Positions 8,261-16,878 of a DNA stretch of 35,347 bases are shown piece after piece. The notes beneath the pieces were generated by a model that ran no database searches, was not told where the DNA came from, and worked only from the letters and a program-made list of their open reading frames with translations. Each line of letters opens with the position of its first letter. The first letter of the stretch is position 1. Position numbers and translations under genes: made by a program. Source of the stretch: an uncultured Clostridia bacterium (GTDB lineage Bacteria > CAYTYR01 > UBA6262); NCBI GenBank assembly GCA_964441745.1, contig CAYTYR010000003.1:1-35347 (forward strand), read 5' to 3'.

Positions 8261-8306
8261 AGTATAGGCGGAAGCCAAATGACAGTCAATTGTACTGAGG
8301 TATAAC
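8261..8306 (-). promoter_or_regulatory. Sigma70-type promoter with palindromic operator (copy 3)
   Basis: TTGACT (8289-8284), 17 nt, TATACT (8266-8261); ATTGTACTGAGGTATAAC at 8289-8306. Confidence 0.78.
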
Positions 8307-8442
8307 CTGGGAATTTTAAGGGATTTAGAGGAAATTATTGACGAGAAAATAAAAAGCGGCGTTTGGGGAGAAGCGGATTTACCAAGAATAAGAAAAACCG
8401 GGGGAAATGGGAAAGGAACACCGGGAGAATGTTTTTATTCTT

Positions 8443-9159
8443 TTAAAAATTGTATTCCGTATTCTTTATATCAAAGTCTTTATCAGTTAATCCGGTATTT
8501 ATTTTCATTTTTGAATAATGATACATTTCCAGAAATTCACCCTGCCACCCGTATATCTCCGTTTTTATGGGCAGATAGGTCTTGGCATCAATGCTGATCA
8601 TCATCCGATGGGCATAATATCCTTGGCCTTTAGGGAAAATAGCCTTAAAAAGCATTATTTTCTCCCCAGCCAAAGCCTGCATCCCTTCATAAGTGATACT
8701 GCCGGCCTGGGATTTTTTATACAAGTCGTAATTATCTTTGATAAGATAGACGATCTGTCCGATATAAGCCTCGGTAATATTGTGCCGGTTATTCTTCATG
8801 GCTAATTTGCCCTTGGGATCAAGACTAAAGTTATATATATTAAGGAAGCCACCCATGTGGACCTGCAGTTCATTCTTATATTTCCCTTGCACATAAATGG
8901 CTTCATTACCCTTATCTGAACCTTCGGTCCATTTAAGGTAGATGCACAGGGGTTTCTTGAATTTAACCATAATATTCTTCTGCTCCAGGATTTTCCCCTT
9001 AACCAGCTCCCTCTTATTCAAGAGGCAGGTATAATCATGTAATTGCTCATAGGAAGCTATGGTCTTAGTGAGAATAGTATCAATAGAGATCTTTTCTTCG
9101 GCCATAAGCTCAGTGCAGAGAAGCCCCAGTGCTAGCAGAGCCAAAATTATCTTTTTCAT
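8443..9159 (-). CDS. Exported DUF1571-like / LolA-fold protein
   Basis: Start at ATG 9159 (MKKIILALL; GGAGG SD); DYTC...KRELVKG...KPLCIYLKW...G.EAIYV and C-terminal NTGLTDKDFD pattern. Confidence 0.75.
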   Translation of the reverse strand: MKKIILALLALGLLCTELMAEEKISIDTILTKTIASYEQLHDYTCLLNKRELVKGKILEQKNIMVKFKKPLCIYLKWTEGSDKGNEAIYVQGKYKNELQVHMGGFLNIYNFSLDPKGKLAMKNNRHNITEAYIGQIVYLIKDNYDLYKKSQAGSITYEGMQALAGEKIMLFKAIFPKGQGYYAHRMMISIDAKTYLPIKTEIYGWQGEFLEMYHYSKMKINTGLTDKDFDIKNTEYNF

Positions 9160-9193
9160 GATTCCTCCAGAACTATGCGTGATAGAATAGGTT

Positions 9194-9766
9194 TTAGCCG
9201 AGTTTTTTTCCAAAGGCAACCACTTTGGCTCGGATACCGGGTATTTTCTTGACTTCGCCTGATTCCCCGGCATTGGGTACCAGCAGTGACTTGAATTTCA
9301 TGCCCGCATAATCAGCGGTAATGGCAAAAGGCCTCTCCAGGTCTTTTAAACCGATATCTTCATACGCGCTGGCTACCAGGGCTAAGGTCTTGCCGGTCAA
9401 GCGGGTGGTCATGGTATCATTTTTATTATCCCATTTGAAAAGGGAGAACATCCGGTCCATGACCAGCTTGAGCTGGGCGCTTGGACCGTAAAAATACAAC
9501 GGGGTAGCCATAACGATCACGTCAGCTTCATTCATTTTGGCTAAAACAGGTTTGGCGTCATCACTGATCACGCATTCGTAAACAGCGGTTTTCTGGCACC
9601 GGCGGCAGGAAACGCAGCCATTAACTTTATATTTAAGAAAAGCGGTATTAATAATTTCCACCTGGGCGCCTTTAGCGCGGGCTCCCGCGGCAAACCAGTT
9701 AACGAGAATAGCAGTATTACCATTTTTTACGGGGCTGCTGGAAATGACCAATATTTTTTTTGACAT
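9194..9766 (-). CDS. Flavodoxin-fold iron-sulfur flavoprotein / NADPH-dependent FMN reductase family
   Basis: SSPVKNGNT, CVSCRRC-x7-C, ADVIVMATPLYF, LKLVMDR. Confidence 0.88.
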   Translation of the reverse strand: MSKKILVISSSPVKNGNTAILVNWFAAGARAKGAQVEIINTAFLKYKVNGCVSCRRCQKTAVYECVISDDAKPVLAKMNEADVIVMATPLYFYGPSAQLKLVMDRMFSLFKWDNKNDTMTTRLTGKTLALVASAYEDIGLKDLERPFAITADYAGMKFKSLLVPNAGESGEVKKIPGIRAKVVAFGKKLG

Positions 9767-9783
9767 AAACGCTCCTATTTCAT

Positions 9784-10524
9784 TTAGATTAATTCGTCTT
9801 GAAGAATAGCGAAAAAATTATCCCGGGCCTGTTTTTCCTGCCAGGGTTTGTGGCCGCAGTGCTGGAGTAAATGAAACTTGAAATCCTTGAGAATAGCAGA
9901 AAGCGGTTTTTGTATACCCTCAGACGGATGAGGATCATAGTCGCCATGCAGGGCTACGACCGGGCATTGGATCTGTTGAGCCAAGGCCAGCAGCTTGCCG
10001 CTTTTCCTTAAAGCCGCGGCTTCCGGCCACACTTTATTAAAAATGCCGCCATTTAACATTATTCCGCCGGGGGCCTCTGGCCAGGGATCATAACTATCAG
10101 CTTTTGAGAACAATTCACCAAAACGCGCGAAGGACGCGACTTTGATTTCCTCCTGCTCCTGCGCGTTAAGACGGGACATCCGGGTATTTTGTATCTGCGC
10201 GGCATATTCTTCCGTAAAAGGTCCGCTGCTGACCAGGATAAGCTTATTGACCAGGGCCGGATATTGGGCAGCCAGGATCAAACTAAGCCAGGCTCCCCAG
10301 GAGTAGCCAACCAGCGTGACTGGCAGTTCGCCGTATTTTTCCAGGACAGCTTTTAATTCTTCCACCTGGCCGTTGAGTGACTGCGCGGTTTGCAGTGGTT
10401 CCAGTATGCCCCGGTTATTGGCCAGTATTTGCGCTACCAGAGCCATTTCCCCGGCAGCGCCGGGACCACCGTGGATCACAGCTACGGTATATGGCGCGCG
10501 GCCATGCTTTCGGCAATTATTAAT
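9784..10524 (-). CDS. Alpha/beta hydrolase (start probably ATT 10524; first canonical start GTG 10479)
   Basis: HGGPG, GYSWG nucleophile elbow, HGDYD, CGHKPW. Confidence 0.88.
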   Translation of the reverse strand: MNNCRKHGRAPYTVAVIHGGPGAAGEMALVAQILANNRGILEPLQTAQSLNGQVEELKAVLEKYGELPVTLVGYSWGAWLSLILAAQYPALVNKLILVSSGPFTEEYAAQIQNTRMSRLNAQEQEEIKVASFARFGELFSKADSYDPWPEAPGGIMLNGGIFNKVWPEAAALRKSGKLLALAQQIQCPVVALHGDYDPHPSEGIQKPLSAILKDFKFHLLQHCGHKPWQEKQARDNFFAILQDELI

Positions 10525-10535
10525 ACCTGTGCTCC

Positions 10536-11249
10536 TTATTTCTCCATAGCCAGTTTTTTTAACCGGGGGGACATTTTTTCCAAGGCATATCTGAAGGCAG
10601 TCCGGGGAATGGTTTTTTTATATTTCATCAGGTAGGCAAAGACTTCCGGCTCATGCTGCCGGCTGGCTTCTTTGAGCAACCACCCGTATCCTTTTTGGAC
10701 CAGGTCATCCTGGTCCTCGAGCAGGATATCCGCGATCCCAAATACCTCTTTGAGGAACTTCCCTCTCCGGGCTGGCAGGATCAAGGTGACGGCGGCAGCC
10801 CGTTTGACCCACCGGTTATCAGCTTTGGCCCATACTTTTAATTCCGGCAGTAAGGCCGGATATTTTTCTACTAAAGCGCCGACCGCGTGGTTACAAAAAG
10901 TATCGCATTTGGCCCAATTATTTATGTATTCTTTGACCCATTTCTCAAATAACCGGAAATCCTCCGGCGCATATTTCTTTTCCAGGCGAAAGGCCCAATC
11001 CGCGGCAATAAATGCTTCTTCGCTGTAATCTGAAGCGAATAATTCTTCACACAAGGTAAATATTTCTTTTTTATCCAGGTTTTTTGCCTGTTGAAAAAAA
11101 GCCCCGGTGATCTTCTTCACCAGGGCTGATTTAACCCCGTAAAAAATGGCTTCTTCTTTAAAAAATCTCTGCGCGCTTTCCCTGGTCTTTTTATCGGCCT
11201 GTTTTTTCAGCTCCGCCCTGACTCCGGCTACTATCGGACTGGTCATCAT
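10536..11249 (-). CDS. DNA alkylation repair protein (AlkD-like)
   Basis: NNWAKCD, NRWVKRAA, DDLVQKGYGWLLKE, RTAFRYALEK. Confidence 0.9.
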   Translation of the reverse strand: MMTSPIVAGVRAELKKQADKKTRESAQRFFKEEAIFYGVKSALVKKITGAFFQQAKNLDKKEIFTLCEELFASDYSEEAFIAADWAFRLEKKYAPEDFRLFEKWVKEYINNWAKCDTFCNHAVGALVEKYPALLPELKVWAKADNRWVKRAAAVTLILPARRGKFLKEVFGIADILLEDQDDLVQKGYGWLLKEASRQHEPEVFAYLMKYKKTIPRTAFRYALEKMSPRLKKLAMEK

Positions 11250-12064
11250 TATTTCCCGGGTTCCGGCGCAGGCGCGGCAATAGGCGCGATAGTGACCGCA
11301 TCCAGCGGAACCAGGACTATTTCGATCCGCCGGTTCTTGGCGCGGCCTTCCGGAGCGGCATTATCCGCTACCGGACGGGTATCAGCGTAACCAGTGATGG
11401 CTACGAGCTTTGGGTCCAGCCCTGTTTTTTCGATCAAATAGCGGGCGACGTGGGTGGCCCTGGCAGCGGAAAGTTCCCAGTTAGTTTCGTATTTAGCCTG
11501 TAATTCCCGGCTGATGGGCTTGTTATCCGTATGCCCTTCGATGCGAAATTGTTTATCCTTGATACTCTTCAGTATGGCCCCGACTTTTTCCAGTGTTTCC
11601 TGTCCCTGCTTGTTGACCTCAGCTTCACCGGAATTGAACAGGATCCGGTCCACCATATTCACGGTCAATTTATCTTTTAGCTGGGTGATCTGGATCTCCC
11701 CGCTTTTGATCTCTGACTGCATGTTTTGCATCAGGTTATCATATGTTTTTTTCAAGCTGGAGATGGAATCTTCCTTTTCCTTGTTTAAAGCATTGATCTT
11801 ATCCTGGAGCGTTTGCTTCTCTTGGGCCAGGTCGCTGATCATAGCGTCTTTCTTATTTTTCGTGGCCTTAAGGGCTTCGGACAGGTTTTTATTATTACTT
11901 TCCTGCTCCGCTACGGTTTCCTCCAGCCTGGCTACTTTGCTGTTCAGGTCTTGTGTTTCCGCCTGATACCGTACCGCTTCGTCAGCCTTTATTTTATATT
12001 TACCGCTGGAAACACAACCTGCGGTCACCACTATCATCAACCCAAAGAAAAATAACCGGCGCAT
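11249..12064 (-). CDS. OmpA/MotB-family lipoprotein with coiled coil
   Basis: Lipobox TAGC; IEGHTDN, NWELSAARA, GRAKNRRIEI. Confidence 0.9.
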   Translation of the reverse strand: MRRLFFFGLMIVVTAGCVSSGKYKIKADEAVRYQAETQDLNSKVARLEETVAEQESNNKNLSEALKATKNKKDAMISDLAQEKQTLQDKINALNKEKEDSISSLKKTYDNLMQNMQSEIKSGEIQITQLKDKLTVNMVDRILFNSGEAEVNKQGQETLEKVGAILKSIKDKQFRIEGHTDNKPISRELQAKYETNWELSAARATHVARYLIEKTGLDPKLVAITGYADTRPVADNAAPEGRAKNRRIEIVLVPLDAVTIAPIAAPAPEPGK

Positions 12065-12073
12065 GATCTCCTC

Positions 12074-12580
12074 CTACCAAAGATTATATCGTTCTCCCCA
12101 GCTGGTATCTTCCGGGGAACTGCCAATGATCGAATTATCAATAGTTGAATGGTAATTGGCGCACACCCGGCCAACGCGGGAATCAAAAGCCCAACCACCG
12201 CCACCCGAGATCTTGCCATCCCGGGCGTTGACCGAATCAGACGGATCAAGAGGAAAAGCGGCAGTGACCTGGTAAACCGTTTTTTTCCGGAAGAATGGAT
12301 CGATCGGGATCCTTTCCAGGAAAGTTTTACTATCCACATCAAGAGCAGTGCCATCCCACAGGTCATCAAGAACCGTGGGATAACAATTACTATGGGAATT
12401 AGCTTTATACGCCTCTAATGAAGCGCGAATAGTCTTTAAATTACCTTTTAGGCTCGCTTCCCTGGTTTCCCTGGTGGCTCCGCCGAACCGGGCAATGACT
12501 ACCGCGGCCAGTATGCCCAGGATAACGATCACGATCAATAATTCAACCAGGGTAAATCCCGCATGATGTTTTGATCTCAT
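12074..12580 (-). CDS. Prepilin-type / GspG-like pseudopilin
   Basis: G|FTLVELLIVIVILGILAAV; YPTVLDDL...IPIDPF. Confidence 0.9.
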   Translation of the reverse strand: MRSKHHAGFTLVELLIVIVILGILAAVVIARFGGATRETREASLKGNLKTIRASLEAYKANSHSNCYPTVLDDLWDGTALDVDSKTFLERIPIDPFFRKKTVYQVTAAFPLDPSDSVNARDGKISGGGGWAFDSRVGRVCANYHSTIDNSIIGSSPEDTSWGERYNLW

Positions 12581-12595
12581 TATTTTTCCTATGCC

Positions 12596-12844
12596 TTACA
12601 TGGGTGTATTGATCGCCTGGTGAATGATCATCACCATCGGATGCCGGCCAGTGACTATAGCGTAAATCCCGGATAAAAATATTACCAGGGCGCAAACCCA
12701 GAGCAGGAATACCACGAAATTACCAAAACTCTTCAATCCCCGGGTCTCTATTTTATTCAGGGTCAACATTACGAAGTAACTGATGGCTAAAAATATCGTA
12801 GCCGGTATAATGGTATAAATGCCCAATAACCTGAAAATCTGCAT
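12596..12844 (-). CDS. Small two-helix membrane protein
   Basis: Two hydrophobic segments; AAGGAG SD. Confidence 0.75.
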   Translation of the reverse strand: MQIFRLLGIYTIIPATIFLAISYFVMLTLNKIETRGLKSFGNFVVFLLWVCALVIFLSGIYAIVTGRHPMVMIIHQAINTPM

Positions 12845-12861
12845 TTTTCGCTCCTTTATTT

Positions 12862-13641
12862 TTATTCCTGATCTTCCGCCAGAGGCTGTGTCTTTATCTG
12901 AGCGGACTGTTCCACACGTTCTTTAATGCCCTCCAGCATTGACCGTTGCCGGGACGTGTTCCCGAGCGTCACTAAATATTGGCTGAACCCGGTCGGCTGA
13001 TCAGGCCCTATATCAGACCTGGTCCGCATTACCAGGCGGGTACTGTTTTTATCGATCGGTTCAAGGATAAAAGCCCAACTGGCGGAGACAGGGCCTGCTG
13101 TCGTCGAATATAGCACCAGGGCCCGGTATTGGTAGAACATTTTAACGGTCCAGGCTCCTTTTTTCTTATTACTGCCGGGACCGGAGAATAAAATATCGCC
13201 AATTTTTAATTGCTGGTATTCAGGCTTGATCTGCTTCGCGCTTTCAATTTTCAAGCCATATTCCTTATCCCCGCTCAAAGGCGACCAGGCATACCAGCCG
13301 GCCCGCCCATATCCCAGTTGTATCAGCCAGGGCCAAATACTTTTTGCCGGAGCCTCAATAGTGACCGCCCGCGTCGACTGTATTTTGGCCGCGGGCACAA
13401 GTTTATCCCCGGGCAAAGGTAAAGTGGCTTCCGCGTTGTTCGTACCGGAAGAAAGAAGATGAGGATGCCATACACCATGGCCTACTTGTCCCAGATATTC
13501 CCCGGTCTCGGAAAAGCGGAACTGGCGGAACCAGTCAGGCTCAAACTCCGGTTGCGGATTACCCATCAGCAGGAGAAAGAGCAGTCCCAGTCCCAGCGGT
13601 ACAGCGAGTAGTTTAAAAAACCACTTTAACATTTCAGCCAC
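12862..13641 (-). CDS. Membrane-anchored SRPBCC-like hypothetical protein
   Basis: LPGD...TRAVTIEAP..IWPWLIQLGYGRAGWY...SWAFIL...TRL...MLEGIKERVE. Confidence 0.75.
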   Translation of the reverse strand: MAEMLKWFFKLLAVPLGLGLLFLLLMGNPQPEFEPDWFRQFRFSETGEYLGQVGHGVWHPHLLSSGTNNAEATLPLPGDKLVPAAKIQSTRAVTIEAPAKSIWPWLIQLGYGRAGWYAWSPLSGDKEYGLKIESAKQIKPEYQQLKIGDILFSGPGSNKKKGAWTVKMFYQYRALVLYSTTAGPVSASWAFILEPIDKNSTRLVMRTRSDIGPDQPTGFSQYLVTLGNTSRQRSMLEGIKERVEQSAQIKTQPLAEDQE

Positions 13642-13661
13642 CTGTTTCTGTGGACAGGTAC

Positions 13662-14120
13662 TTATTTTAGTTCAGAAGTGCAGTGCGGACAGCGAATCGC
13701 TTTGATCGGTATGGTTGACGCGCAGAACGGGCATTCCTTGGTAGTCGGCACTGCCGGTCCTGCAGCGGGCTGTTTTCTTAGTTTATTGATATTGTAAACC
13801 AGGATAAATACGGCAAAAGCCACGATGATAAAACTGATGATCTGGTTCAGAAATAAACCATAATTGATAGTGATCGCGCCGGCCGTCTTGGCCGCGGCGA
13901 CTGAATTATACGGCCCCGGGACAGTAACACCCTCTTTGAGCACAAAAAACAGGTTGGAAAAATCTACCCGGCCCAGCAATAACCCTATCGGTGGCATAAG
14001 CACATCCGCTACCAAGGAAGAGACAATGGTCCCGAATGAAGCGCCCACTATGATACCCACCGCCATATCTACTACGTTGCCTTTGACCGCGAAATCCCGG
14101 AATTCTTTCACCATAGACAT
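13662..14120 (-). CDS. mscL: Large-conductance mechanosensitive channel with C-terminal zinc ribbon
   Basis: [21 protein letters not shown]...INYGLFL...FIIVAF; tail CPFC-x10-CPHC. Confidence 0.96.
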   Translation of the reverse strand: MSMVKEFRDFAVKGNVVDMAVGIIVGASFGTIVSSLVADVLMPPIGLLLGRVDFSNLFFVLKEGVTVPGPYNSVAAAKTAGAITINYGLFLNQIISFIIVAFAVFILVYNINKLRKQPAAGPAVPTTKECPFCASTIPIKAIRCPHCTSELK

Positions 14121-14154
14121 GGTCTTTACCTCCTGCTGACTATTCTATAATTTT

Positions 14155-14697
14155 TTATTGGGCGTTGGTGACGTAGATCGCTGAACCGGGAGCGTTAACT
14201 ACGCCGGCCAGGCTGACCGTACAGTTTATATTGACCCGGTTAAGGCCATTGGACCAGATAATATAATAACCACGGGTATTAACATAATATCCATATTCCA
14301 GGCTGGTACCAGGAGGGCAGAAAGGATCAAGGAGCTCGGTCGGGGCCATGATCGGACCGGTGGTGCCAAGAGAATTACCCCCTGTCTGTACCATCAGGTG
14401 GGTAGTTTGCCAACCCGCGCCTTCAGCGCGCGGGCCGACATAGTTTCCCTGGGTGCCAAGATCAGAAGCGTCGGGGAATTTACTCACCCCGTTAATACGG
14501 GGAGCCGCGGCATATGCTTCAACCGCTTTGCGCAGGGTATCAAGATTGGTCTTAACCTTGGTTTTTTGCCCTTCCAGCGCGGCGTTCCGGAAGTAAGGCA
14601 ATGACGCGCTAAGCAACAGGCTGATCAAAACAGCGACGATCAATAATTCGATCAAGGTTACGCCGGCCTGGTGCTTTTTCGCAGGATGCCGAATCGT
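14155..14697 (-). CDS. Prepilin-type / pseudopilin-like protein (no canonical start before the cleavage site)
   Basis: The frame upstream of TTG 14655 reads TIRHPAKKHQAG|VTLIELLIV; later LLDPF...YYIIWSNGLN is GspG-like. Confidence 0.78.
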   Translation of the reverse strand, partial: TIRHPAKKHQAGVTLIELLIVAVLISLLLSASLPYFRNAALEGQKTKVKTNLDTLRKAVEAYAAAPRINGVSKFPDASDLGTQGNYVGPRAEGAGWQTTHLMVQTGGNSLGTTGPIMAPTELLDPFCPPGTSLEYGYYVNTRGYYIIWSNGLNRVNINCTVSLAGVVNAPGSAIYVTNAQ

Positions 14698-14698
14698 G

Positions 14699-15595
14699 CT
14701 AATAAGATAATTTATAAGTCACTCCCAAAGCCAGGGTTTCTTTAAACCGTCCGCCTAAAGCGATCTCTTTATCATAGAGCCACTGGGCATAAAAATTAAC
14801 CATGATGTATTTACTGATACTGACCGAAAGTATATGTTCCCAGTTCACGTCTATCGCCCGCCAATAATTCTCATTGGTCTGGCCTTTTAGACTCTCTGCT
14901 TCCGAGTTTACCAAAGCCTGGTAAACGGTCAGGTTATTGGCGTAGGTTATCTTGTTTTCCGCATAGGGAGAAGTAAAATTGCTGATTAATTGGACACCGG
15001 CGCTGCTTTGGGTTTTATTTTTGCGTTCCAGGGTATTTGGATCAAGATGGTCGCGGTCGGTCCTTTGTTTTAAAGCCACTCCCAGCCGGGTGAGCCATTC
15101 CCTTTTGTCCTTTTTGATGATCTCTTTAGCGATACCGGCGCTTTCCGTAAAAGTCGTCGGATTGATATAGCGCTTCTTGGCTGTATCCGAGGAATCATAA
15201 AATTGCGATTCAAAACGCAGTGAGGTGTACGGATCCACAGGTTTGCCCAGGGTGAACCGGAGTATGGATTCAGCGTCGATCAAGTCAGTGGATTTTACCG
15301 GGGCTCCCCATTTATTAGTGATCTCATTTTGGGAATAAGTCAGGCCGTAAGACAATTTAACCGTATTCCGGCTATTCAATTTGGAGGTCATTTGCTTTTC
15401 AGCCAATGTATTGGAATTTGCCGTCCAGGAAAGCGAGCCTGCTTCGCTGCCGGCCCAATTGCTGCTATACGCGTTCTGGGTGACCATCAGATTGTCTTCA
15501 ATAGTCAACTTCCAGGACTCTGCTGCCGCGGGAACCACGGCCAAAACAGTGACCGCTAACGTGGATAAATAAAGAATTACTTTTTTCATATCCAT
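14699..15595 (-). CDS. Outer-membrane beta-barrel, DUF3078-like
   Basis: Signal peptide; TQNAYSSNWAG, KSTDLID, C-terminal KETLALGVTYKL. Confidence 0.78.
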   Translation of the reverse strand: MDMKKVILYLSTLAVTVLAVVPAAAESWKLTIEDNLMVTQNAYSSNWAGSEAGSLSWTANSNTLAEKQMTSKLNSRNTVKLSYGLTYSQNEITNKWGAPVKSTDLIDAESILRFTLGKPVDPYTSLRFESQFYDSSDTAKKRYINPTTFTESAGIAKEIIKKDKREWLTRLGVALKQRTDRDHLDPNTLERKNKTQSSAGVQLISNFTSPYAENKITYANNLTVYQALVNSEAESLKGQTNENYWRAIDVNWEHILSVSISKYIMVNFYAQWLYDKEIALGGRFKETLALGVTYKLSY

Positions 15596-15598
15596 CTC

Positions 15599-16705
15599 CT
15601 ACTTTTTGGTAGTAGTGTCTGCTTCTATCCCGTCACTGGTTTTAGTCATGGTATCTGCCTTGACCGCGGCTAAAGATTCTTCTTTCTTTTCCGCTGTTTC
15701 TTGCAAGGCTTTCAGTTCAAAGATCCGCCCGTGGTAATAAGCCGCTGTTTTTTGCAGGTCAGGCAACCCGATCACCAGTAGATACTTTACCACTTGGGCC
15801 GCCCTAACCTGGCTTAAGTCCTTTTCTTCATTCTTTATGATCCGGTCAAGATATTGCCGGTTCACTTCTTTTAATTCCTGGCGTAAGCCGTTCTTTTCCC
15901 TTTCGACAGCCGCGAACAGGTCCTGGTTGCCGGGATCGGTAGCATCAGCGATCAAATTGTAATATTTATCGGCCAGCGTATTAGCTTCCTTCACGAATTC
16001 TTTTTTAAAGGTCGAGTCCGGAGCCAGTTTATCAGTGATCGTTTTGACGCTGGAGAGGAATAAAGCTTTTTCATCGGCTACTACCTTGCGGATGGTAAAA
16101 TGGTCCTTGAGATAATCTCGCAGATAATCCGCTATTTCTTCCGCGTCTTTCTTATTCGCTCTTTTATTGACAAAATCACGGATGATCGGGGTGACCCGTT
16201 CTTCTATCTGCAAGGCGGACAATTTGGAAATAGTGGCTACATCCAACGCCAACTGCCGGGCTACCTGCAGGGAATTAAAATAATTAGTCAGCGCGGTCCG
16301 GGGCTTGTCCTTTCCCTCCAGATACCGTCCGTGCAAAAGAAATAAATTCGCCAGGCGCATAACCTTAGCCAGGGGCGGGGTTTTCTTTTCAATCAAATAG
16401 GAATAGCGCCGGCCGAAATCAAAATCACATTTATCCAGTTTTAATCCTTCCACCACCTCATTTAACGCCGGTTCGTTGTCAATGACGAATTGTTCCATTT
16501 CAGGATCTTTACCCTGCCATCCTTTACGAATGACTTTCTGCATCCGTTCCTTCAATTCAGCGCTTTCATTATATTTCTGCAGGTCAAAAGCTTTGCTATA
16601 ATAAATCGCGGCATTATCCACTTCCACCGCATAAACCAGGACAGGAAGATTGACTATACCAAAGAAGACCAGGAACACGATCATAGTAGTTAAGGTTTTT
16701 TTCAC
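15599..16705 (-). CDS. Exported helical hypothetical protein
   Basis: Start set at GTG 16705 (GGAAGGA upstream) followed by a signal peptide; the longer ORF overlaps a terminator and a promoter. Confidence 0.75.
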   Translation of the reverse strand: MKKTLTTMIVFLVFFGIVNLPVLVYAVEVDNAAIYYSKAFDLQKYNESAELKERMQKVIRKGWQGKDPEMEQFVIDNEPALNEVVEGLKLDKCDFDFGRRYSYLIEKKTPPLAKVMRLANLFLLHGRYLEGKDKPRTALTNYFNSLQVARQLALDVATISKLSALQIEERVTPIIRDFVNKRANKKDAEEIADYLRDYLKDHFTIRKVVADEKALFLSSVKTITDKLAPDSTFKKEFVKEANTLADKYYNLIADATDPGNQDLFAAVEREKNGLRQELKEVNRQYLDRIIKNEEKDLSQVRAAQVVKYLLVIGLPDLQKTAAYYHGRIFELKALQETAEKKEESLAAVKADTMTKTSDGIEADTTTKK

Positions 16706-16774
16706 CTGATTATCCTTCCCGCCATTCAAGGCGCTGTATTTCTCAGTATGAGTTTTCTGTTTCCCGTTAGCAGT

Positions 16775-16804
16775 ATTATAATCTCTCTCCAGGCCATAAG
16801 TCAA
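16775..16804 (-). promoter_or_regulatory. Candidate sigma70 promoter
   Basis: TTGACT, 18 nt, TATAAT just downstream of the gdhA terminator. Confidence 0.6.
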
Positions 16805-16817
16805 GACTGAACCTGAC

Positions 16818-16858
16818 AAAAAAAACAGGCTGGACACTAAAAGTGACCAGCCTGTTTT
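16818..16858 (-). terminator. Intrinsic terminator of gdhA
   Basis: CAGGCTGGTCAC-TTTTA-GTGTCCAGCCTG followed by T8. Confidence 0.88.
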
Positions 16859-16878
16859 CTTAGTTCTATCCGGTAATG

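Noticed and set aside
11249-12064. Flagellar stator motB
   Set aside because: It is a lipoprotein without the MotB transmembrane Asp motif and has no motA neighbour.
13662-13740. MscL zinc-ribbon tail as a novelty
   Set aside because: To my knowledge this variant is already seen in many annotated MscL proteins.
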